DNA from: an uncultured Chloroflexia bacterium
GTDB lineage: Bacteria > Chloroflexota > Limnocylindria > Limnocylindrales > CSP1-4
Length of the DNA stretch: 64,000 nucleotides
Reading direction: 5' to 3'
Assembly (NCBI GenBank): GCA_963735865.1
Contig: CAVTML010000002.1
Location: 1,491,219-1,555,218, forward strand
The notes below the pieces were generated by a model. It searched no databases. It saw only the letters and a program-made list of their open reading frames with translations, and was not told the DNA's origin. The first letter of the stretch is position 1, and each line of letters starts with the position of its first letter. A program made the translations under genes and the position numbers. Shown piece after piece: positions 48,321-58,431 of the stretch.

Positions 48321-49835
48321 TCAACCCTTGGCGTCGCCCCAGATGGTGTAGTGCCAGCCCTTGTCGGCCTCGCCGGACAGCTCGATCATGACGTGCTTGA
48401 CCTGGGTGTACTCCTCGAACGAGTACCCCGAGAGGTCCTTGCCGAAGCCCGACTGCTTGAAGCCGCCGTGCGGCATCTCGCTAGCGATCGGCAGGTGGTC
48501 ATTCACCCAGACCGCGCCGAAGTTGAGCGTCTGGGCCGCCTTCATGGCCTTGTAGATGTCGCGCGTCCAGACCGAGCTGGCCAGGCCGTACTTGATGTCG
48601 TTAGCCTTGGCCAGCACCTCGTCCTCGGTGTCGAAGGGCAGGACGGTGAGGACCGGCCCGAAGATCTCCTGCTGCACGATCTCGCTGTCCTGGGCCGCGT
48701 CCACGATAACGGTCGGCTCGTAGTAGGCGCCCTCGAGCCCCGCCACCTTGGCCCGATGGCCGCCGGTGAGCACGCGCGCGCCGTCGCGCTTGGCGCGCTC
48801 GACGAAGCCTTCGACGCGCCGCACCTGGCCCTCGCTGATGAGCGAGCCCATGTCCGTGCTCTCGGCTGACGGATCGCCGACGCGAACCGTCTCGACGTAC
48901 CCCTTGAGGCGCTCCAGGAACGCGTCGTACACCGGCCGCTGGACGTAGACGCGCGTGGCAGCCGTGCAGTCCTGGCCGGCGTTGACGAAGCCCCCGGCCA
49001 CGGCGCCCCGGGCGGCCGCGTCCAGGTCGGCATCGGCATAGACGATGAATGGCGCCTTGCCGCCCAGCTCAAGGTGGACCCGCTTCAGGTTGCCGGTGGC
49101 GAGGCCCATGATCTTCTTGCCCGTCTCGGAGTCGCCGGTGAGGCTCACCAGGTCGATCCCGGGATGGGCCGCGATGCCGGCGCCGACCACATCCCCTGGG
49201 CCGGTGACGACGTTGAAGACGCCGTCCGGTACGCCGGCCTCGTGGGCCAGCTCGGCCAGCTTGAGGGTCGTCAGCGGGGTCGCCGAAGCAGGCTTCAGGA
49301 CGATCGAGTTGCCGGCGGCCAGGGCCGGGCCGATCTTCCAGATGGCCATCAGCAGCGGATAGTTCCACGGCGTGACCTGCCCGACGACGCCGAGCGGCTC
49401 CCGCCGGATCATCGAGGTATGGCCGCCGCTGTACTCGGAGGCCGCCTTGCCTTCCAGGTGGCGCACGGCCGTGGCGAAGTAGCGGATGTTGTCGGCCGCG
49501 AACGGCATGTCGGAGTCGCGGCGGAGCTTGATGGCCGTCCCGGTCTGGGCCGATTCGAGTTCCGCCAGCTCGGGCGTGTGCTCGTCGATCAGGTCGGCCA
49601 GCTTGTTCAGGATGGCCACCCGTTCGGCGCCCATCTTGCCGCGCCAGCGGCCGTCGTCGAAGGCCCGTCGTGCGGCGATGACGGCCCGATCCACGTCCTC
49701 CAGGGTGCCCGCCGGGACACGGCCCACGAGCTCGCCGGTGGCCGGGCTGCGGACGTCGATCCAGCCGCCGCCGGATGCGTCCACCCACTGGCCGTCGATG
49801 AACATCTTCAGTTCGGTCACGGTGCTGATGGCCAT
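48321..49835 (-). CDS. NAD(P)-dependent aldehyde dehydrogenase
   Basis: 'LELGGKAPFIV', 'FVNAGQDCTAATR' catalytic Cys and 'FGGFKQSGFGKD' motifs. Confidence 0.9.
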   Translation of the reverse strand: MAISTVTELKMFIDGQWVDASGGGWIDVRSPATGELVGRVPAGTLEDVDRAVIAARRAFDDGRWRGKMGAERVAILNKLADLIDEHTPELAELESAQTGTAIKLRRDSDMPFAADNIRYFATAVRHLEGKAASEYSGGHTSMIRREPLGVVGQVTPWNYPLLMAIWKIGPALAAGNSIVLKPASATPLTTLKLAELAHEAGVPDGVFNVVTGPGDVVGAGIAAHPGIDLVSLTGDSETGKKIMGLATGNLKRVHLELGGKAPFIVYADADLDAAARGAVAGGFVNAGQDCTAATRVYVQRPVYDAFLERLKGYVETVRVGDPSAESTDMGSLISEGQVRRVEGFVERAKRDGARVLTGGHRAKVAGLEGAYYEPTVIVDAAQDSEIVQQEIFGPVLTVLPFDTEDEVLAKANDIKYGLASSVWTRDIYKAMKAAQTLNFGAVWVNDHLPIASEMPHGGFKQSGFGKDLSGYSFEEYTQVKHVMIELSGEADKGWHYTIWGDAKG

Positions 49836-49886
49836 CGGTCCCTCTCCTGCGCTGGTGGCCTGAGTGTATCGCGCGGATGGGTCGGC

Positions 49887-50330
49887 TCAGCCGACCAGTG
49901 ACGCCTCCACGGACAGCGCCACGTTGCCCTTAAGGGCCTGCGAGATGGGGCAGTTGTCCTTGGCGTCGTCGGCCAGGGCGCGGAAGTCCGTGGCGGACAT
50001 GCCCGGCACGTCGCCCTGGACGCGGAGCGCGCTCGAGGCGACCTTCCAGCCGGCCTCGCCCTTGTCGAAGGTCACCGTCGCGCGGACCGACAGCTTGGCG
50101 GCCGGGTGGCCGGCCTTGGCCAGGCGCGATGCGAGGGCCATCGAGAAGCAACTGGCGTGGGCCGCGGCGAGGAGCTCCTCCGGGCTGGTCTGGCCGTCCG
50201 ATGCCTCGGTTCGGGCATGCCACGTCACGGGCATGCGGGAGAAGGCGCCGCTGCCGACGTAATCGATGGTGCCGCTGCCCGAGACGAGGTCACCCTGCCA
50301 CGTGGCATCGGCGGTGCGGATCTGGGCCAT
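49887..50330 (-). CDS. OsmC family peroxiredoxin
   Basis: 'SPEELLAAAHASCFSMAL' and 'AKDNCPISQAL' Cys motifs. Confidence 0.8.
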   Translation of the reverse strand: MAQIRTADATWQGDLVSGSGTIDYVGSGAFSRMPVTWHARTEASDGQTSPEELLAAAHASCFSMALASRLAKAGHPAAKLSVRATVTFDKGEAGWKVASSALRVQGDVPGMSATDFRALADDAKDNCPISQALKGNVALSVEASLVG

Positions 50331-50475
50331 GACGTCCTCCTGTCGTGCTGTCCGTGGCATCGTGGCACAGGACGCCCGCCTCGTCAGCGTGCGCGATGAT
50401 GGGCGGGTGAACCAGCCCGGTCCGGTCGCCAGCGCCACGCGCCGTGGAGTGGGTCCTCGGGACGAGCGCGTGCTG

Positions 50476-50751
50476 ATGGCGCTCGCGACGTTCATGGGGC
50501 TCGGTATCGCCTGGCTGGACTCCCGGCCGGGTTACGACGCCACCGGCGTGACCGTTGGGCTGCTCCTGCTGGGGGCGATGGCCGTGGCCGCGGCATCGGG
50601 CCGCCGGCCATGGCTGTGGGCCGTCCAGGTGGGCGTCTGGGTGCCGCTCTTCGAGATCGGCGGGCCGACCGGCGCGGCCTCGCTAGCCGCCCTTGTCGTC
50701 ACGCTCATCGGGGCGCTGATCGGCTACGTCCTCGCGCGCGCCCTGGCCTGA
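50476..50751 (+). CDS. Candidate small membrane protein
   Basis: 91 aa with three hydrophobic helices. Its 3' end overlaps the convergent decarboxylase gene. Confidence 0.35.
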   Translation: MALATFMGLGIAWLDSRPGYDATGVTVGLLLLGAMAVAAASGRRPWLWAVQVGVWVPLFEIGGPTGAASLAALVVTLIGALIGYVLARALA

Positions 50752-52170
50752 CCCCTCGCTCGCGACGAGCGGCCCGAGTTCGCGCACGAGGGCCCATAAG
50801 CGCTCGAGATGCCGCGGCTCGGTCCGCAGGTTGCCGAGCGCCACGCGCAGGGTGAAGCGACCGCGCAGGCGGGTGTGCGAGATGAACACCTCGCCCGTGC
50901 CGTTGAGCCGCTCCATGAGCCGCTCGTTGAGGCGATCCAGGATCACGTCGTCATCGAGGCCGGGCGGATGCCATCGGAAGCAGACGGTGGCGAAGGGGAC
51001 GGGCGCGAGCCGCTCGGCAGCGGGCTCCGCATCGACCCATGCGGCGAAACGGGCAGCCTGTTCGAGGTGGTCGGCGATCCGAGCCCGCAGCCCGTCCAGG
51101 CCGAAGTAGCGGATGACGAACCAGATCTTGAGCGCCCGGAAGCGGCGCCCCAGCTGGGGCTGGTATTCGTTGAAGTCGTGCACGGCGGCCCGGTCGGTCG
51201 TACGCAGGTACTCCGGCACCAGGCTCAACGCATCGCGCAGCACGGTCAGCCGGCGCGAGAGCAGCAGCGAGCAGTCGAGCGGCGTGAAGAGCCACTTGTG
51301 GGGGTTGACCACGATCGAGTCGGCGCACTCCCAGCCGGCGAACGGCGCGCGACGGTGCGGCAGGAGGGCCACGACGCCGGCATAGGCCGCATCGACGTGC
51401 AGCCACACGCCCTCGCGGGCGGCGATGTCGGCGATGGCGTCCGCCGGGTCGATCGCGTTGGAGCCGGTCGTGCCGACCGTGGCCACGATCGCGGCGGGCC
51501 GGATGCCCGCGGCCCGATCCTCCGCGATGGCCGCCGCGAGGGCGGCCGGGTCCATGGCGTAGGCGTCGTCGACCGCGATGCGACGCACGCCGGCCCGACC
51601 CAGGCCCAGGATCATGCCCGCCTTCTCGATCGAGCTGTGGGCCTCGGCGGAGGCATAGATGCGCAGCGGCGCCCCGTACAGGCCGGCCGCTGCCGCATCG
51701 CCGGTCGCCAGCTGGCGGGCCGCGGCGAGCGCCGCCAGGCTCGACGTCGACGCCGTGTCGGTGAAGAGGCCGTCGAACGACGTCGGCAGGCCCAGCGCCT
51801 CGCGCAGCCAGCCGACGGTCACCTCCTCCAGCTCCGTCGCCGCCGGACTCGTGCGCCACAGCATGGCGTTGGCGACGAGCGTGCTCATGAGCATCTCGCC
51901 GAGGATGCCGGGGCCGGAGGCGGTGGTCGGGAAGTAGGCGAAGAAGCCCGGGTGCTGCCAATGCGTGATGTTGGGTTCGATGAACGCGCGGTAGTCGGCC
52001 AGGATCCGGTCCAGGGGCTCGGGACCCGACGGGGCGGTCGCCGGCAGCCTGGCGCGGATGTCACCCGGCGCCACGTGCGGCAGCACGGGCCGCTCTTCCA
52101 CCGTGGCCAGGTAGTCGGCCATGAGGTCGGCCACCTCGTGGGCGGCGCGGCGGAACGCCTCGACGTCCAT
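50683..52170 (-). CDS. PLP-dependent aromatic-L-amino-acid / tyrosine decarboxylase family (group II decarboxylase)
   Basis: 'HPGFFAYFPT', 'WLHVDAAYAG' and 'SIVVNPHKWLFTPLDCS' PLP-lysine motifs. Start is 'MDVEAFRRAAHEV'. Confidence 0.85.
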   Translation of the reverse strand: MDVEAFRRAAHEVADLMADYLATVEERPVLPHVAPGDIRARLPATAPSGPEPLDRILADYRAFIEPNITHWQHPGFFAYFPTTASGPGILGEMLMSTLVANAMLWRTSPAATELEEVTVGWLREALGLPTSFDGLFTDTASTSSLAALAAARQLATGDAAAAGLYGAPLRIYASAEAHSSIEKAGMILGLGRAGVRRIAVDDAYAMDPAALAAAIAEDRAAGIRPAAIVATVGTTGSNAIDPADAIADIAAREGVWLHVDAAYAGVVALLPHRRAPFAGWECADSIVVNPHKWLFTPLDCSLLLSRRLTVLRDALSLVPEYLRTTDRAAVHDFNEYQPQLGRRFRALKIWFVIRYFGLDGLRARIADHLEQAARFAAWVDAEPAAERLAPVPFATVCFRWHPPGLDDDVILDRLNERLMERLNGTGEVFISHTRLRGRFTLRVALGNLRTEPRHLERLWALVRELGPLVASEGSGQGAREDVADQRPDERDDKGG

Positions 52171-52214
52171 ATCGCCATGGCCGGCGAGCTGGGCCGGATC
52201 GAGCGGCCCGTCGG

Positions 52215-52409
52215 TCACGCCAGCGCGTCCAGCAGCCGCTGCGAGCTCGTCGCGATCTCGGCCACCGCGGCCTCGAACGCATCGCGGTTGCGCATCGATG
52301 GCTGGCGGTAGCCGCTGACCTTGCGCACGTACTGCAGCGCGGCCGCCCGCACGTCCTCGGACGAGGCGGCCGGCTCGGCGTTGCGGAGGGTCTTGATGCT
52401 GCGGCACAT
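52215..52409 (-). CDS. DUF2277-like small protein
   Basis: 64 aa 'MCRSIKTLRN...AAALQYVRKVSGY'. GGGAGG 8 nt upstream of the ATG. Confidence 0.65.
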   Translation of the reverse strand: MCRSIKTLRNAEPAASSEDVRAAALQYVRKVSGYRQPSMRNRDAFEAAVAEIATSSQRLLDALA

Positions 52410-52721
52410 GGGCGGTTCCTCCCTCGACGGGTCCGTGTGGTCGTGGTCCAGCGTAGTGCACGGATACGTCAGATGGGCGTATTGCCCCACGGTGCGGCGG
52501 CTGCCACCGTCGTTTCCTCGCCCGTCACGGGGCGAGGGCACACCCGTCCCTCCCCGGCCGCCGACGAACGCCGACGCGGCCGGGGAGCGACGCGGGTCGA
52601 GCGTGGGTCGGTACATTCGGGCCGTCGGTGTCCAGCCGGACTGGTGATGGCGTCGGAAGCCACGGCGGGCGGACGATGGACGCCGGCCGTTCGGCCGAAC
52701 CCGCACGAGGTGCCTGACTCC

Positions 52722-52907
52722 ATGTCCGCGACCCCCTCGACACGCTCGGCAGCTGTCACCCTGAGCGCGCCCGCCGTCCTGATGATCATCGCCATCGCGC
52801 TGTTCGCCCTCGGCGGGCTCGGTCTGGGTGTCGGTTCCCTCTCGGTCACCGACCTGGGCCTGGCGGTCTTCGCCCTGGCCTTCCTGTACGACCTGCTGAA
52901 GCGCTGA
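52722..52907 (+). CDS. Candidate 61-aa small membrane protein
   Basis: ATG with GAGGTG upstream, then a hydrophobic helix hairpin. Confidence 0.3.
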   Translation: MSATPSTRSAAVTLSAPAVLMIIAIALFALGGLGLGVGSLSVTDLGLAVFALAFLYDLLKR

Positions 52908-53116
52908 CCGTCGGAGGGCGCGCTCGACCCCGGAGAGGAGGATCCGGGGGAGCGCGTCGTGTACCCCGAGGTCGTCCCAGTCACGACCACGAGGGCAACG
53001 ACGGCAGCCTATGAGGGCCGCGAAACGGCGGCCATGCACCGGAGGTCAGGGGGTCCGGCCTACCGAAGGTCCCGGGTCGCCGTGAGGCGGCCGACCGACC
53101 TCCGGCGTGGCGGCCA

Positions 53117-54244
53117 TCAGTCGCCGAGGCAGGTCCCCACGTCACGCGCCGCGCGCACCCACGGGTGGTCGAGCGGCACCGTCTTGCGCCGCCCCGCGAC
53201 GTGCTCCAGCGCCACCGGCGCGGTGCCGTCGCCGCGCGCCGCCACCATCACGCCGAAGACCCCGTCGGCCACGTACTGGGCGCCCGCGTCACCAAGCCGC
53301 GTGGCCAGGACACGGTCGGCGGCCGAGGGCGCGCCGCCGCGCTGGACATAGCCCAGGATCGTCACGCGCGACTCAAGGCCGGTCATCTCCTCCAGGCGAC
53401 GCGCCAGGTGCAGCGTCCCGTCGAGATGACCCGCTTCCAGGGCCGCCACTTCCGCCGCGGCGGCCGCCTTCTCCACCGGTGACGCGGCCGCCGACCGCCG
53501 CGAGAGCGCTGCCTGGTAGGTGCGGGCGTCACCGACCTCCATGGCCCCTTCGGCCACGGCGACGATGCTGAAGTTCGTGCCCAGCCGGCTGCGCCGGCGG
53601 ATGGCCGCCACGATGCGCTCGATGTCGTAGGGCATCTCCGGGATGAGGATCACGTCGGCCCCGCCGGCCAGGCCGGCGGCCAGCGTCAGCCAGCCGGCGC
53701 GGTGACCCATGATCTCGGCGACGATGATGCGGTGGTGGCTGTGGGCCGTGCTGTGGAGCCGGTCGATAGCCTCGGTGGCGATCTCCAGGGCGGTGGCGAA
53801 GCCGATCGTGGCATCGGTCTCGGCGACGTCGTTGTCGATGGTCTTGGGCAGCGTCACCACGTTCAGGCCCGCGTGGGCCAGCCGCAGCGCGTTCTTCTGC
53901 GTGCCGCCGCCGCCCAGGCAGACGATCGCGTCGAGATGCCGCCGCTCGTACGTGGCGACGATGGCCGGCGTCACGTCCACCACCCCGCCGTCGCGCGGCA
54001 TGCGGTGGGGCTTGTCGCGGCTGGTCCCCAGGATCGTCCCGCCGACCGTCAGGATGCCGGCCAGGACCGGCGAGTCGAGCCGCATGCGGTGGTCGTCGGC
54101 CAGGCCACGGAAGCCATCGCGGAAGCCCACGAGCTGCATGCCGTGGCGCCCGAGGGCGGCCTTGCCGAGGGCCCGGATCGCCGCATTCAGGCCGGGACTG
54201 TCGCCGCCCGCCGTCAGGATGCCGATGCGCCGGGGGCTCGCCAC
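53117..54244 (-). CDS. pfkA: 6-phosphofructokinase
   Basis: '[19 protein letters not shown]', 'VCLGGGGTQ', 'PKTIDND' and '[12 protein letters not shown]' motifs. GTG start at 54244. Confidence 0.85.
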   Translation of the reverse strand: MASPRRIGILTAGGDSPGLNAAIRALGKAALGRHGMQLVGFRDGFRGLADDHRMRLDSPVLAGILTVGGTILGTSRDKPHRMPRDGGVVDVTPAIVATYERRHLDAIVCLGGGGTQKNALRLAHAGLNVVTLPKTIDNDVAETDATIGFATALEIATEAIDRLHSTAHSHHRIIVAEIMGHRAGWLTLAAGLAGGADVILIPEMPYDIERIVAAIRRRSRLGTNFSIVAVAEGAMEVGDARTYQAALSRRSAAASPVEKAAAAAEVAALEAGHLDGTLHLARRLEEMTGLESRVTILGYVQRGGAPSAADRVLATRLGDAGAQYVADGVFGVMVAARGDGTAPVALEHVAGRRKTVPLDHPWVRAARDVGTCLGD

Positions 54245-54269
54245 GACCGCCAGTATGGGCGAAGCCGGG

Positions 54270-55100
54270 TCAGCCCGAAGGGCCGATGGACCAGGCCTCC
54301 AGCTGGGTCTCGATGGCGTCGTAGACCGCACGGTCGGCGAAGTAGTTCGAGTGGTCGTCCGGGAAGGCGGACGCGGGGTCCTGCACGAGGCGGTCCACGA
54401 TCCGCGCATCCGCGCCGAAGATCGACCGCACGGGGAACGACATGTAGTCGTCGGGGTCCCACACGTTGAGCCACGGCCGGAAGGGACTCGGCGGCGGCGA
54501 GGTCCGCGGCAAGCTGGTGAGCCCGCCGCACTGGTAGACCATGGGCACCTGGGAACCGACCGTCACGACGGCGTCGACCGTGCCGACGGGCGCCACCGCC
54601 AGCGCATCCACGAGGAGCAGACCGCCCAGGCTCAAGCCGATCGCTATGCGCGGCGCGCCCGTACGGGGACCGCGAGCCGCCATCCAGGCCAGCATCTGGC
54701 CCCGCATCTCCTCGCCGTGGTGCAGGTAGTAGACCGCGTCGGCGATGGTGCGCCAGAGCTTGGGGATGGCGCTGTGGTAGAAGGTCCGCAGGACCGGCCG
54801 CTCCAAGCCGCTGACGAGATCACCCAGGTCGGGGATCTCCACGCCACCCGGGCCAAGGTGGACGTCGGCCGGCGGCGCGACGTCGAACCGGGCGCGCAGG
54901 TACGCGTCAAGGTCGGTCCGCGGCTCGATCCCGGGGCGGGCGTCCTCCCACCACGGGATGCGCACGGGGGCCACGCCCACGGCGTGCCTGATCTGCTCCG
55001 CCTGGGCGAGCCGCGCGTCGGGCGTGCCGGCCCCGTGGGCGAACCAGATCTCGCAGCCGGCCAGACGCGGCCAGGGCCGGGCCGGGTGGCCGGCCGTCAT
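54270..55100 (-). CDS. Alpha/beta hydrolase (lipase/esterase-like)
   Basis: '[11 protein letters not shown]' GxSxG nucleophile elbow. 276 aa. Confidence 0.75.
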   Translation of the reverse strand: MTAGHPARPWPRLAGCEIWFAHGAGTPDARLAQAEQIRHAVGVAPVRIPWWEDARPGIEPRTDLDAYLRARFDVAPPADVHLGPGGVEIPDLGDLVSGLERPVLRTFYHSAIPKLWRTIADAVYYLHHGEEMRGQMLAWMAARGPRTGAPRIAIGLSLGGLLLVDALAVAPVGTVDAVVTVGSQVPMVYQCGGLTSLPRTSPPPSPFRPWLNVWDPDDYMSFPVRSIFGADARIVDRLVQDPASAFPDDHSNYFADRAVYDAIETQLEAWSIGPSG

Positions 55101-55116
55101 CCGCCCCCTGCGGCTA

Positions 55117-55182
55117 TCAGGCCGGGCGCGGCGGCTTCGGCTTCTTGGGCTTGGGTTGCTTCTTGGGGTTCTTGTCGCCCAC
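55117..55182 (-). CDS. Candidate 21-aa Lys/Pro-rich peptide (MGDKNPKKQPKPKKPKPPRPA) immediately upstream of the hydrolase gene
   Basis: GTG start with AGGAGG and a 7-nt spacer. TGA stop 14 nt before the hydrolase ATG. Confidence 0.25.
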   Translation of the reverse strand: MGDKNPKKQPKPKKPKPPRPA

Positions 55183-55279
55183 GATCGAGCCTCCTGCTGG
55201 ATCCGATCGCGCCATCCTACGCGATGCTCACCGGATGGGGCGCGCTATCGTACGGCGGTCGGATGCCGTCTAGCGGGAC

Positions 55280-55747
55280 GTGATGGTGAAGTGGTCGGCT
55301 ATCGGACTCGCCCTCGCCATGGCGCTCGGGTCCTGCAACAGCGTTCCGTCCGCGACCGTCGGCCCAAGCGACACGACCAGCGCGACCGATACCCCGACCG
55401 CCACGGGTGCCACGGCCCAGGACCCGGGGACGATCGACTTCGATCCCGATTCGCCCTCCTGCTCGGACGGCGGCTCGTTCAGCGCGGCGATCGTGTTGAG
55501 CGCGCCCGCCGGGGCCGTCACCCTGACGGCGACCTACTCGAAGGTCGACGAATCGGGCACCGAGACCCCAGTAGGCCACACCGACCTGACCGTGCCGAGT
55601 CCGGCGAGCACGATGATCGCCGACGGGCCCCTCAATGTCGCCGACTGGTGCACCGATGCCCTCGGGGCCGGCACGTATCACTGGGTCGTCACGCGCCCCA
55701 GCGACGGCACGGAGCTGGCGGACGGGCTCCTGACGATCGCCGCCTAG
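55280..55747 (+). CDS. Lipoprotein of unknown function (lipobox LGSCNS)
   Basis: Signal peptide with Cys, then a Thr/Asp-rich linker. Confidence 0.6.
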   Translation: MMVKWSAIGLALAMALGSCNSVPSATVGPSDTTSATDTPTATGATAQDPGTIDFDPDSPSCSDGGSFSAAIVLSAPAGAVTLTATYSKVDESGTETPVGHTDLTVPSPASTMIADGPLNVADWCTDALGAGTYHWVVTRPSDGTELADGLLTIAA

Positions 55748-55771
55748 GGCGGAAGAGGCTACGCGCCGCGA

Positions 55772-56285
55772 TCACCAACCCTCGGTGCCGGGCTCACCCT
55801 TGAAGGGACCCACGATGCGCGAGGTGACCCACCCGCCGTAGAACCGGCCCGGCTGCGGGGTGGCCCGCTCGTCGCCCAGCCACGCCTCGTCGACCCGGCC
55901 GGCGTAGAAGGCGAGATGGCCGGTGAGGGCCTCGTAGCCAAGTTTCGGGATGCTCGTACGTCCACGCCACGTTGGGCACGTCGCGCGTCCCGTCGTGGAG
56001 CGACCAGTAGCTCGCCTCGCCCTTCCACTCGCACCATGTGCGATGGGCCGACGGGCACAGCACGTCCATGCGCACGTCGCCTCGCGGCACGTAGTAGACC
56101 GGCGCGCCTGCGGTCTCCAGGACGCGAAGGGCGGTGGTCGTGTCGGCGACCGTGGTCTCCCCGACCACGACACGGACGCGCTCGGCGACAGGCTCCACCC
56201 GCGGGGGGCGCGGGTAGTCCCAGACCGACTCCTGCCCTGGGCCGGGCGGGACCGGGCGAGGACGACGGCTGGTGCCGTCGCTCAT
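55772..56285 (-). CDS. DUF427 domain protein with an apparent frameshift near 55950-55990
   Basis: N-terminal frame 'ESVWDYPRPPRVEP...APVYYVPRGDV...WCEWKGEASYW'. C-terminal frame 'LAFYAGRVDEAWLGDE...FYGGWVTSRIVGPFKGEPGTEGW'. Confidence 0.6.
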
Positions 56286-56992
56286 GTCAATCGCGCAGCC
56301 AGCCGACCGGTGCCTCGTGGCCCGGCAGCGTCGCCAGCAGGCGCAGCAGCGGCACGGCCAGGGCGAGCGTGTCGGCGACGGTGGCCGGCAGGTCGGGGAA
56401 CAGGCGTCCGCGTCGGCCAGGCCGCGGCCGAAGGTGATGTCCTTGAGACGCAGCAGGTCGAGGTCGGGGTCGTCGGCGCGGTAGCCGGACGGCGCCCGCC
56501 GCAACCGGTCGCCGTCGAGCGGCCCGAACATGGCCGTGAAGGCCGGCGCATCGACCACGGCGTGGACGGCGGCCCGGTCGGCCACGACCGCCGCGCGCCA
56601 CGCCGCGAGGCGGGCCGGCGACGGATGCCACATGCCGCCGCCGACGTAGACGCTGGCCGGGCTGCAGGTGGAAGTAGCCACCCACCCCGCCCCCGTCCCC
56701 GGCCCAGGCGAAGCTCGCGCTGGCGGCCGTCTTGTAGGGCGACTTGTCCTTGGAGAAGCGCACGTCGCGGTAGATGCGGAAGGGCGACTTGGCGGGATCG
56801 GAGGCCAACGGGATGCCCACGGGCGGCGAAGGCCTCGCCGAGCGCCACACAGAGGGCCTCCAGTGGCGCCTTCAGCAGGCGCTCGTACTCCGCCTTGCGC
56901 GGCTGGAACCAGGCGCGATCGTTGTTCTGGCCGAGGTCGACCAGGAACTGCAGCGCCTGCGGCGTGAACCCGGGGAACCCTGCGTGCGCCAT
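56282..56992 (-). CDS. DUF2461 (TIGR02453) family protein split over three frames (at least two frameshifts)
   Basis: 'MAHAGFPGFTPQALQFLVDLGQNNDRAWFQ' in one frame. 'FRIYRDVRFSKDKSPYKT' in a second. 'FGPLDGDRLRRAPSGYRADDPDLDLLRLKDITF' in a third. Confidence 0.55.
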   Translation of the reverse strand: MAHAGFPGFTPQALQFLVDLGQNNDRAWFQPRKAEYERLLKAPLEALCVALGEAFAARGHPVGLRSRQVALPHLPRRALLQGQVALQDGRQRELRLGRGRGRGGWLLPPAARPASTSAAACGIRRRPASRRGARRSWPTGPPSTPWSMRRPSRPCSGRSTATGCGGRRPATAPTTPTSTCCVSRTSPSAAAWPTRTPVPRPAGHRRRHARPGRAAAAPAGDAAGPRGTGRLAARLT

Positions 56993-57029
56993 CGCCCTAG
57001 CCTAGCAAGGCGGGCGCACGCGGGGGCGT

Positions 57030-58418
57030 ATGCTCGCGGCGATGGATGGCTGGCGGACGATCATCGAGCCGTTCCGCATCCATGCCGTCGAGCCGATCCG
57101 CCTGACGACCCGTGCCGAGCGCGCCGCGGCCATCGAGGCGGCCGGCTACAACCTCTTCAACGTCCACGCCGACGATGTCCTCATCGACCTGCTGACCGAT
57201 TCGGGCACCGGCGCCATGAGCCGGGACCAGTGGGCGGCCATCCAGCACGGCGACGAGAGCTACGCGGGCAGTCCCAGCTGGTACACCTTCCTGGCCGGCG
57301 TCCAGGCCCTCTTCCCGTTCCCCCACGTCATCCCGACCCACCAGGGCCGGGCCGCCGAGAAGATCCTCTTCAGCGTGGTCGGCGGCCCGGGCAAGGTCAT
57401 CCCCAACAACACTCACTTCGACACGACCCGGGCGAACATCGAGGCGACCGGCGCGGAGGCCGTGGACCTGGTCATCGCCGAAGGCCACGAGCCGGCGACG
57501 ATCCACCCGTTCAAGGGCAACATGGACATCGACGCGCTGGAGCGCCTCCTGGCCGAGCGGGCGGCCGACGTGCCCGTCGTGCTCGTGACCATCACCAACA
57601 ACTCGGGCGGCGGCCAGCCTGTCTCGCTGCGCAACCTGCGGGCCGTCCGGGCCGTGTGCGACCGCTACGGCATCCCCCTCTTCCTCGACGCGTGCCGCTT
57701 CGCCGAGAACGCCTGGTTCATCCACGAGCGCGAAGAGGGCCAGGCGGGCCGGTCGGTGGTGGACATCGTGCACGACATGGCGGCGCTCGCCGACGGCATG
57801 ACGATGAGCGCCAAGAAGGACGGCCTGGCCAACATCGGCGGCTGGCTGGCCATGAACGACGACGCCCTCGCCGAGCAGTGCCGGACGCTGCTCATCCTGA
57901 CCGAGGGCTTCGTCACGTACGGCGGGCTGGCCGGCCGCGACCTGGAGGCCATCGCGCAGGGGCTGCGCGAGGTCGTCGACGAGGACTACCTGCGCTACCG
58001 CATCCGTTCCACGGCCTACCTTGGCGACGCGCTCGACGCGGCCGGCATCCCCATCGTCCGACCGGTCGGCGGCCATGCCGTCTACATCGACGCGCGGGCC
58101 CTGCTGCCGCACATCCCGCCGCTCGAGTATCCCGGCCAGGCGCTCGCCGTGGCCCTCTACGTGGAGGGCGGCATCCGTGCCTGCGAGATCGGCACGGTCA
58201 TGTTCGGGCGGCATCCCGACGGCTCGGAGACGCCCGCGCCGATGGACCTCGTCCGGCTCGCCATCCCGCGCCGCACGTACACCCAGAGCCACATCGACTA
58301 CGTCATCGAGGTCGTGCGGGCGGTCGGTGCGCGCGCCGCCGACCTGCGCGGCTACCGCATCGCCTCCGAGCCGCCGGCGCTTCGCCACTTCACGGCCCGC
58401 TTCACGCCGCTCGCCTGA
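57030..58418 (+). CDS. tnaA: Tryptophanase / tyrosine phenol-lyase family (beta-eliminating lyase)
   Basis: 'EPFRIHAVEPIRLTTRAER', 'NLFNVHADDVLIDLLTDSGTGAMS' and 'SAKKDGLANIGG' PLP-lysine region. Confidence 0.85.
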   Translation: MLAAMDGWRTIIEPFRIHAVEPIRLTTRAERAAAIEAAGYNLFNVHADDVLIDLLTDSGTGAMSRDQWAAIQHGDESYAGSPSWYTFLAGVQALFPFPHVIPTHQGRAAEKILFSVVGGPGKVIPNNTHFDTTRANIEATGAEAVDLVIAEGHEPATIHPFKGNMDIDALERLLAERAADVPVVLVTITNNSGGGQPVSLRNLRAVRAVCDRYGIPLFLDACRFAENAWFIHEREEGQAGRSVVDIVHDMAALADGMTMSAKKDGLANIGGWLAMNDDALAEQCRTLLILTEGFVTYGGLAGRDLEAIAQGLREVVDEDYLRYRIRSTAYLGDALDAAGIPIVRPVGGHAVYIDARALLPHIPPLEYPGQALAVALYVEGGIRACEIGTVMFGRHPDGSETPAPMDLVRLAIPRRTYTQSHIDYVIEVVRAVGARAADLRGYRIASEPPALRHFTARFTPLA

Positions 58419-58431
58419 CGTGGGGAGCCCA

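Noticed and set aside
53117-54469. Multiple plus-strand ORFs (up to 524 aa) across the pfk and hydrolase genes
   Set aside because: They are antisense to genes with clear catalytic motifs, and are compositionally biased shadow ORFs.
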